The translations under genes were made by a program, and so were the position numbers. Of a stretch of DNA of 64,000 bases, positions 57,599 to 64,000 are shown piece after piece (the first letter of the stretch is position 1; each line of letters begins with the position of its first letter). Source of the stretch: Granulicella sp. GTDB taxonomy: Bacteria; Acidobacteriota; Terriglobia; Terriglobales; Acidobacteriaceae. The stretch spans positions 104,798 through 168,797 of the forward strand of contig CBDCLP010000005.1 of assembly GCA_965218675.1 (NCBI GenBank), read 5' to 3'. Below the pieces are notes generated by a model. That model was given only the letters and a program-made list of their open reading frames with translations. It searched no databases and was not told the origin of the DNA.

Positions 57599-57633
57599 CG
57601 ACCGGATACAGCCACGAGACTTCCTCTCAAACC

Positions 57634-59238
57634 CTAAGCCGCTCCCCGGCGCCGGCGCAGCACCTGCGCGGGCAGCGTGGACCCGGTCAGACGCAGCACG
57701 CCCAGCGCCACCGCGGTCCACACGCCGCTGCCCAAGGCGATGACGCCCAGATCCGCCAGATGCCCATGCGCTCGCGGCAGCCGGTACACCACCACCACAA
57801 TAGCCACGGCCGCACAGATCGCCGCCACCGCCGCGCGGCCAATCTCCGCTCCCTCCAGGTGCAGTAGGCTGACCAGGCGCTTGCGGTGCAGCAACACCGC
57901 AAGGCTCGTGGTCTGGAGCAGGATGCCGATGTCCGACGCGATCGCCAGGCCGCGCAGACCCTCCGCCCGGAACATCGACCAGTACAGCGGCACCGACAGC
58001 AGGGTGATTACCGTTCCCGTGATCGCCGGCGTCCTCGTGTCACTGGCCGCATAAAAAGCCCGGGCGTAGATGCCCTGCACCGCCCACACCGCCAGGGTAA
58101 TGGCCAGCACGGTAAATAGCTGCGTAGTCTCGGCTGCATCGGCGCGGTTAAAGCGGCCGCCGCGAAACAGGTCCAGCAGCCACGGCCCCAGAGCGATCAT
58201 CCACGCCGAAACCAGCAGCCCCACGCTGAACAGCCGCGACACCGAACGCCCCACCGACGCTGAAAAGTCATACATCCGCCCGCTCTGAAACAGCGACGCA
58301 AAGAACGGCAGCGAGGCCAGGCCGGCCGCCGGTCCGATGACATTGAATGGCGCATTGAACAGGTACTTCGCCACGCTGATCAGCGTCACGCCGCCGCGCT
58401 GTGAGCTGGCAAAGTACTTCATAAAAATGCCGTCGAACATCACCAGCGAGACGCCCACCATCAGGGGCAGGCTCAGCCGCAGCCATTCCCGAAAGGCAGG
58501 GTCGCGGAAGTCGACCCGCGGCTGAAATCGCAGGCCGGTGCGCAGCGCGCCCAGCGTGTTCAGCAGCGTGGAGCCCACCGCCATGCCAACCAGCACACCG
58601 ATGGCCAGCGAATACACGCCCAGACCACGATGCAACAGCACCGCCCCGCCGATGATTCCACCGTTGTAAAGGATGGGCGTAAATGCCTGGTAGATGAAGA
58701 TCTTGCGCACCTGCAGCCGCGCGCTCATCATGCTGCCCGTCAGGATGAAGAGCTGCACCGGCAGCATCACGCGGGTCAACGACGTGCACAGGTCGTGCGT
58801 TTCTCGCGGGAAGCCCTTGTTGGCGAGCGACACGTAAAACGGCGCAAAGATCTCGCCCAGCAGAACGCCGGCGCCCAGGACCAGCAGCATGTTCGACAGG
58901 ATGACGGAAAGCGCCCGGTCCGCGCCGGCCTCATCCCCCGCCTCACGGTACCGATTCAGGATGGTAACCATCGAGATGGCCGCCGCGCCGCCGATCAGGA
59001 AGTAATTCAGCAGATCGGGCAGCGTAAAGGCCGCCTGGTAGGCGTCCTGGGCCACGCCCGCGCCAAACAGGAAATTGATGTACTTGATGCGCACCAGCGC
59101 CAACAGCCCGGAGCACACAGAACTCATCATCAGCAGCACCGTCGCCGATGCCGCCGTGTGACTGCCCGTCCGGAACAGCCCCCATCCCGTCCGGCGCACT
59201 GGATCGGCTACAGGAATTCGCTGCACAACCTGCGCCAA
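57634..59238 (-). CDS. murJ: Lipid II flippase MurJ (MviN family)
   Basis: 'FGAGVAQDAYQAAFTLPDLLNYFLIGGA', 14-TM-type profile, 534 aa. The TTG start lies 3 nt after the merR-like stop, so the N-terminal extent is uncertain. Confidence 0.88.
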   Translation of the reverse strand: MAQVVQRIPVADPVRRTGWGLFRTGSHTAASATVLLMMSSVCSGLLALVRIKYINFLFGAGVAQDAYQAAFTLPDLLNYFLIGGAAAISMVTILNRYREAGDEAGADRALSVILSNMLLVLGAGVLLGEIFAPFYVSLANKGFPRETHDLCTSLTRVMLPVQLFILTGSMMSARLQVRKIFIYQAFTPILYNGGIIGGAVLLHRGLGVYSLAIGVLVGMAVGSTLLNTLGALRTGLRFQPRVDFRDPAFREWLRLSLPLMVGVSLVMFDGIFMKYFASSQRGGVTLISVAKYLFNAPFNVIGPAAGLASLPFFASLFQSGRMYDFSASVGRSVSRLFSVGLLVSAWMIALGPWLLDLFRGGRFNRADAAETTQLFTVLAITLAVWAVQGIYARAFYAASDTRTPAITGTVITLLSVPLYWSMFRAEGLRGLAIASDIGILLQTTSLAVLLHRKRLVSLLHLEGAEIGRAAVAAICAAVAIVVVVYRLPRAHGHLADLGVIALGSGVWTAVALGVLRLTGSTLPAQVLRRRRGAA

Positions 59239-59241
59239 CAG

Positions 59242-59883
59242 CTAATCTCCGGAGAACAGGTCGCCCTGGTCCTGAGGGTCGACCACCAGGCGCAGCTTTT
59301 CCACAGCAGGCGGGCGGGCTTCCAGCACCAGCCGGGGCCGCATTACCTGCAGCGTCGGGCCGGCCTGCGCCTTCGCCTCCGTCGCGGCCGTGCGGTTTGT
59401 GCGCGGGGCGGAACGCTCCAGCAGCGGCTGCTCCAACATGGCCAGCAAGGCACAAATCTCTTCCCGCACGACGCGTAGGGCTGCCTTGCGCCGCAGTTCA
59501 TCCCCGGCATCGACGGCCGTATGCGCCGGCCCGGCAGCGACGGCGGGTCCGGGCGCCAGTTCGCCCGGAGCCGGCATCATGGTCTCCGCCGCAGCCGCCT
59601 CGCGCGCCTTCGCCTCGTCCTTGAACACCTGGCGCGCACCCGGGATGGTATACCCCTGGTCGTACAGCAATGACTTGATGCGCAGCGCCATCTCCACATC
59701 GCGCTTGCGATAGAGCCGCTGCCCCGTGCCGCCCTTGTTCGGCTTCAGCTGCGGGAATTCTGTCTCCCAGAAACGCAGCACATAGGCCGGCACCTCGCAC
59801 AGCCGTGCCACATCCCCAATCCTGAAGTACAGCTTGTCCGGAATCTCTGGTGCAACGTGTTTGCGAATCGGCTGAATGCCCAT
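59242..59883 (-). CDS. MerR-family transcriptional regulator
   Basis: 'YFRIGDVARLCEVPAYVLRFWETEFPQLKPNKGGTGQRLYRKRDVEMALRIKSLLYDQGYTIPGA'. Confidence 0.85.
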   Translation of the reverse strand: MGIQPIRKHVAPEIPDKLYFRIGDVARLCEVPAYVLRFWETEFPQLKPNKGGTGQRLYRKRDVEMALRIKSLLYDQGYTIPGARQVFKDEAKAREAAAAETMMPAPGELAPGPAVAAGPAHTAVDAGDELRRKAALRVVREEICALLAMLEQPLLERSAPRTNRTAATEAKAQAGPTLQVMRPRLVLEARPPAVEKLRLVVDPQDQGDLFSGD

Positions 59884-60059
59884 AGTTCTCCGCGCGAGTC
59901 AACCACACCCGTGTCCCTCAGAGTATAGGGATCACCCCCGCACACCGGAAGCGCCTTCCGCGGTGTGGTGCCGGGTTGGATACTGCGCCCGGCCGGAACC
60001 AGGGTGGTAACCCCTGCCTCAAGCTTTACTTGAGCTTTTCGCGCCGGTACCGCCCTCGT

Positions 60060-60734
60060 TTACCGCTGACGGGTGCCGTTGCGATGGGCGTTTCCTGCGC
60101 TGGGATGACCGGTATTGGCCTGCGCCTCCGCCTGGTCGATGGCGGCGTAGATGTCGTCCACATCCGCCACCTCGATCCAATGATTCTGGGTCACCACAAA
60201 GATCGTAGGCGTGTGCTGCAAGCCAAATTTCATCCCTTCCGCCGTGGAAGCGTTGACCTCGCGGTCGAACTGCCCGGTTGGGTCGACCACGAAGGGCATC
60301 TGCTTGCCTGCGTTCTTCATGAAGCTCTGGGTGAAGTTGCGCAGATCGTCCTGGGACTCGATGCGAACTTGCGAGGCGAACACCTCGCGCCGGTACTCCT
60401 CGGCCAGTTGCGGCGAAACCTTGGCCTTCAGGTAATCCGCAAAGATTGCCGCCTGATGGCTCCACTTGTGGCCCTGAATCTGAAAATCGTGCTCTTCCAG
60501 GGGGATGTGGTAGTGCGCTGCCGCCTGGTGCACAATCGGAAACGCATGCGCGCACGCCGGGCACTCCAGATCCTCATACTCCACGATCGCCACCTTCGCC
60601 CCGGCGGGCGGCTTCAGAAACGAGGGATCACCCTTGACCGACACCTGATTGGGCGGCACGGAGGTCTGCGCCACGGCGGCCAGGGGGGCGAGAGCAAACA
60701 ACAACGCGGGAGCGAAAAAGCGCGACATACGCAT
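60060..60734 (-). CDS. Secreted DsbA-like thiol:disulfide oxidoreductase
   Basis: Signal peptide 'MRMSRFFAPALLFALAPLAAVAQ'. Thioredoxin-fold active site 'YEDLECPACAHAF'. Confidence 0.8.
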   Translation of the reverse strand: MRMSRFFAPALLFALAPLAAVAQTSVPPNQVSVKGDPSFLKPPAGAKVAIVEYEDLECPACAHAFPIVHQAAAHYHIPLEEHDFQIQGHKWSHQAAIFADYLKAKVSPQLAEEYRREVFASQVRIESQDDLRNFTQSFMKNAGKQMPFVVDPTGQFDREVNASTAEGMKFGLQHTPTIFVVTQNHWIEVADVDDIYAAIDQAEAQANTGHPSAGNAHRNGTRQR

Positions 60735-60875
60735 AAGACGGCTGGCTTTCCTTCGGCGAGCCTCTGGGCTCTACCACTATTGAACCATTAACCTGCACCA
60801 ATTCGCTACAAACCCCGGTTTTCCGCAGAAAAGCCGTAGATCCCGATGCTATTCTGCAAGCGAAGGAAAGACGAA

Positions 60876-62393
60876 ATGCTGCCTGCCCTCCTTGCTCTCC
60901 AAATCGCGATCCTGCTGCTGCTCGCCTTCCTGCTGCTGCGTCGCTCCGCCGAAAAAAGCGCCCCGGCGCTCGATCCGCGTTTGGAGGCCCTGGCGGCCGC
61001 GGAGATCCCCCGTCAACTGGCGCAGACCGATGCCCGCGGTGAGGCGCTGGAACGCCTGCTGCGCTCCGAGATCAGTCAGTTGCGGCAGGATGCAGGTGAG
61101 GCCGCGCTGCGCACCCAGCAGACCGACGACGGGCACGCGCAAACGCTGCGCCGGGAGGTGCTGGCCAACCTCAACCTGCTGGGCGATACCCTGCGCCAAA
61201 CCCTGGACAGCTTTCGCGGCGACCACAAAGCCGATGCCGAACGCCTCCGCACCGCGCTGGACGCACAGATCGCTGGTCTCTCGCAGCGCTTCAACGGCTT
61301 CACAACGGACACAGCGCGCCATCACAGCGAAAGCCGCGATGCCCTGCACACGCGTCTTCAAGATCTGTCCCGGGCACAGGCCACCGACAGCGAAACCTTG
61401 CGCGCCGCAGTCGAAAAACGCCTCGAAAAGCTGAACGAGGCCAACACCGCCAAGCTCGAAGAGATGCGCTCCACCGTGGACGAAAAGCTGCATTCCACCC
61501 TGCAAAGCCGGCTCACCGAGAGCTTCGGCCAGGTCACCGATCAGCTTTCCAAAGTGCACAGCGGCCTGGGCGAAATGAGCAAGCTGTCCGCCGGCGTGGA
61601 CGATCTTTCCCGCATCTTCACCAATGTCAAAAGCCGCGGCGGCTTCGCGGAGGTGCAGCTCGGCATGCTGCTCAGCCAGATGCTGGCGCCCACTCAGTTC
61701 AGCCAAAACGTCAAGGTAAAGCCCAACACGGGTGAAATGGTCGAATACGCCGTCAAGGTGCCCACACCCAACGGCGAGGTGCTGCTGCCCATCGACGCGA
61801 AGTTCCCGCGCGAAGCGTGGGAGCGGCTGGAAAGCGCCTACGCCGAGGGCGCCCCTGCCGACATCCTCAGCGCCGGCAAGGCCTTTGAGGCCGCCATCCG
61901 CACCGAAGGCAAGCGCATCTGCGACAAGTACATCGCCCCGCCCGCCACCACCAGCTTCGCCATCATGTTCCTGCCCACCGAAGGCCTGTACGCCGAGGTG
62001 ATGCGCCGCGATGGCCTCCAGGCAGAGATCCAGGGGAACTGCCGTGTCACCATCGCCGGTCCCAGCACCCTGTCCGCTATCCTGAACAGTTTCCAGATGG
62101 GGTTCCACATGCTCGACCTGAAGCAAAAAGGCGACGAGGTATGGAAGGTACTGGCCAACGCGCGCAAGGAGTTCGGCACCTTTGAAACACTGATGAGCTC
62201 CATGGAGCGGCAGGTCGGCACGGTGCAGAACACCATCGAAAAGCTCAACACACGCACCCGCGCCATCAACAGGTCGCTCCGCGACGTGACTCTGGAGGAG
62301 GCCGATCCACGCCTGGGCGAAGACCATGGGGATGGCCGCGGCAACCGGTCCCGGGAAGGCCTTCTTCCCATGCTGGTCGCCAATGAGGATTAA
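60876..62393 (+). CDS. rmuC: DNA recombination protein RmuC
   Basis: N-terminal TM, long coiled coil, then the RmuC core 'RGGFAEVQLGMLLSQMLAP...YAVKVPTPNGEVLLPIDAKFP...FAIMFLPTEGLYAEV'. ATG 60876 follows 'AGGAAAG'; the alternative start is 60846. Confidence 0.88.
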   Translation: MLPALLALQIAILLLLAFLLLRRSAEKSAPALDPRLEALAAAEIPRQLAQTDARGEALERLLRSEISQLRQDAGEAALRTQQTDDGHAQTLRREVLANLNLLGDTLRQTLDSFRGDHKADAERLRTALDAQIAGLSQRFNGFTTDTARHHSESRDALHTRLQDLSRAQATDSETLRAAVEKRLEKLNEANTAKLEEMRSTVDEKLHSTLQSRLTESFGQVTDQLSKVHSGLGEMSKLSAGVDDLSRIFTNVKSRGGFAEVQLGMLLSQMLAPTQFSQNVKVKPNTGEMVEYAVKVPTPNGEVLLPIDAKFPREAWERLESAYAEGAPADILSAGKAFEAAIRTEGKRICDKYIAPPATTSFAIMFLPTEGLYAEVMRRDGLQAEIQGNCRVTIAGPSTLSAILNSFQMGFHMLDLKQKGDEVWKVLANARKEFGTFETLMSSMERQVGTVQNTIEKLNTRTRAINRSLRDVTLEEADPRLGEDHGDGRGNRSREGLLPMLVANED

Positions 62394-62409
62394 AAAGGCA
62401 ATGCGATCT

Positions 62410-62637
62410 TCAGACCGCCGCCGCCGTCTCAGATCGGCGCCCGGAGTCCCGCAGGTAGCGCTTGCGCCTGCACGATACACACTCCCACGGGAAAAAGCCC
62501 AGCCAGGTCAGCAGAGTTCGTTCCAGCGGCGTGACGCGATTGATGCGGCGAAACACGGCAGGGGTACAGCGCGTGCAGAAGCGCGTCTCGCGACTGCGCG
62601 GCGGACTGGGAGACTTTTCTGCGGTCGCGCCCTGCAT
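62410..62637 (-). CDS. Hypothetical small basic zinc-ribbon-like protein (weak call)
   Basis: 'RFCTRCTPAVFRRINRVTPLERTLLTWLGFFPWECVSCRRKRYLR' has CxxC...CxxC with a basic context. Convergent with rmuC. Confidence 0.35.
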   Translation of the reverse strand: MQGATAEKSPSPPRSRETRFCTRCTPAVFRRINRVTPLERTLLTWLGFFPWECVSCRRKRYLRDSGRRSETAAAV

Positions 62638-62792
62638 GCAGCCATGCTACCTGAAGACGATCTTCACTTGGCACCTCTTCTTTACACGTGGGGGACACGC
62701 CAGTATCCTTGGGCACTGGGGCTGGCGCATCCAATGCCTTCGACGAAGGCTCAAACCCAGTCTTTCCAGGATTGAAAGAGGAGACGCACACG

Positions 62793-63035
62793 ATGGCAGC
62801 AGTGGACGAAAAGGTCAAACAGATTATTGTCGAACAGCTTCAGGTGGATGAAGCCGAAGTCACTCCCGGCGCAAGCTTCCAGGAAGACCTCGGAGCCGAT
62901 TCCCTCGATGTCGTCGAACTGGTGATGCAGTTCGAGGAGGCGTTCGACATACAGATCCCGGATGAAGATGCCGAAAAGATCAAGACCGTTAAGGACGCCA
63001 CCGATTACATCGAGCAGCATCAGAAAACCAAGTAA
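62793..63035 (+). CDS. acpP: Acyl carrier protein
   Basis: '[56 protein letters not shown]' with the DSL phosphopantetheine site. ATG 62793 follows 'AAGAGGAG'. Confidence 0.95.
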   Translation: MAAVDEKVKQIIVEQLQVDEAEVTPGASFQEDLGADSLDVVELVMQFEEAFDIQIPDEDAEKIKTVKDATDYIEQHQKTK

Positions 63036-63071
63036 GTTCAACCAAACACTCGCGGAGGGCAGGCAAGGGAG

Positions 63072-64000
63072 ATGGAGCAGCGTCGTGTCGTCGTCACAGG
63101 CCTGGGTCTGATCTGCGGGGTGGGCAACACTGCACCCGAGGTCTGGGAGGGGCTCATGGCGGGCCGCAGCGGTGTAGCGGAGATTACGGCCTTTGCGCTC
63201 GAAGGCCATCCCGTTCGCATCGCCGCCGAGGTCAAGAACTTCGATCCAACGAAGTTCATTGCAGTAAAAGAAGCCCGCAAAATGGGCCGGTTTATTCATT
63301 TCGCCATGGCCGCGGCACAGGAAGCGGTGGAACACTCGGGCTTGCAGATCACCCCGGAAAACGCCGACACCATCGGCGTGCACATTGGCTCCGGCATCGG
63401 CGGGTTCGACATCATCGAGCGCGAGCACACAGCGCTGATGAATGGCGGCCCGCGCCGCATCTCGCCCTTCTTTATCCCCGCTTCCATCGTGAATTTGGCC
63501 GCCGGGCACGTCAGCATTCGCTGGGGCGCCAAGGGACCTAACGAGGCCACGGCAACGGCCTGCACCAGCTCCGCGCACGCCATCGGGGACGCCTTCCGCA
63601 CCATTCAGCGGGGCGATGCCGACGCCATGATCGCCGGCGGCGCGGAAGGCGCCATCACCCCGCTTTCGGTGGGCGGATTTGCGGCCATGAAGGCGCTTTC
63701 CACCCGCAACGACGAGCCGCAGCGGGCCTGCCGGCCCTGGGATCGTGACCGCGACGGCTTTGTCGTTGGCGAAGGCGCGGGCATCCTCATCCTCGAAGAG
63801 CTCGAGTTCGCCAAAGCTCGCGGTGCCAACATTCTGGCCGAAGTCGTGGGCTATGGCATGAGTGGCGACGCTTTCCACATGACTGGCATGGCCCCGGAAG
63901 GTGAGGGTTGCCGCCGCGCCATGGTCAACGCGCTGCGATCGGCCGGCATCGAGCCCGACCGCATCGACTACGTCAACGCCCATGCCACGTCCACGCCTTT
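63072..64000 (+). CDS. fabF: Beta-ketoacyl-ACP synthase II (3' end outside window)
   Basis: Hand translation from ATG 63072 gives 'MEQRRVVVTGLGLICGVGNT...PFFIPASIVNLAAGHVSIRWGAKGPNEATATACTSSAHAIGDA...YVNAHATSTP'. The frame is open to the window edge and is not in the ORF track because it has no stop. Confidence 0.92.
   Translation, partial: MEQRRVVVTGLGLICGVGNTAPEVWEGLMAGRSGVAEITAFALEGHPVRIAAEVKNFDPTKFIAVKEARKMGRFIHFAMAAAQEAVEHSGLQITPENADTIGVHIGSGIGGFDIIEREHTALMNGGPRRISPFFIPASIVNLAAGHVSIRWGAKGPNEATATACTSSAHAIGDAFRTIQRGDADAMIAGGAEGAITPLSVGGFAAMKALSTRNDEPQRACRPWDRDRDGFVVGEGAGILILEELEFAKARGANILAEVVGYGMSGDAFHMTGMAPEGEGCRRAMVNALRSAGIEPDRIDYVNAHATSTP

Noticed and set aside
60010-60032. Hairpin 'CCTCAAGC-TTTA-CTTGAGC' followed by TTTT on the plus strand
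   Set aside because: There is no plus-strand gene upstream to terminate. On the minus strand, downstream of the DsbA-like gene, it lacks a T-run, so its function is not assignable.
60849-62480. 543-aa ORF on the minus strand
   Set aside because: Antisense shadow of rmuC, whose conserved RmuC core is clear on the plus strand.

Overview
High-GC (about 60-65 %) bacterial chromosomal segment. By inference only, the gene content points to Acidobacteriota (Acidobacteriaceae-like): a CarboxypepD_reg-type TonB-dependent receptor, a CadC/TolB-type regulator, and intergenic REP-like repeats that translate to 'SPGRRPG...' and 'KDAK...' strings. All family calls come from motif recognition in the supplied translations; no database search was run. 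Most of the window is housekeeping. It holds a scattered ISC Fe-S assembly set: iscR-iscS, iscU, iscA, hscB, and a distant iscX. It also holds an oxidative pentose-phosphate block (gnd-zwf-pgl-glk plus rpiA and tkt) and an alpha-glucan utilisation locus (CadC/TolB regulator, 2xCBM41 pullulanase, TonB-dependent receptor, GH31 alpha-glucosidase). Other core genes are rpmB, tRNA-Val(GAC), msrB, ridA, pyrR, hemL, murJ, rmuC, acpP and fabF. Accessory or unusual content is as follows. (1) An exosortase-EpsI fusion sits directly upstream of a lipoprotein that has 49 Gly-X-Thr collagen-like triplets and an NHL propeller, with no PEP-CTERM cargo nearby. (2) A GDSL-lipase/Ig-repeat protein has an internal PEP-CTERM-like signal followed by a lipobox and an extra C-terminal module. 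(3) A two-gene small-protein/DUF2335 cassette sits inside the isc genes and overlaps iscA by ATGA. (4) A lower-GC 4.6-kb island lies between pyrR and hemL. It is built of gene relics (a chimeric RepA_C-like/AAA-ATPase-tail ORF, a start-less XRE remnant, a P-loop-less SF1 helicase-REase remnant) around one intact DUF2130 gene. (5) A TPR protein is start/stop-overlapped with a heptahaem cytochrome c. (6) A radical-SAM/M50 protease pair lies next to a Phd-PIN toxin-antitoxin module. (7) There are several families of modular REP-like hairpin repeats and a 260-bp palindromic/tandem-repeat element inside the zwf-pgl operon. No rRNA, CRISPR array, integrase or transposase was seen. None of the candidate systems can be called novel from sequence reading alone, and each is given with a decisive test.
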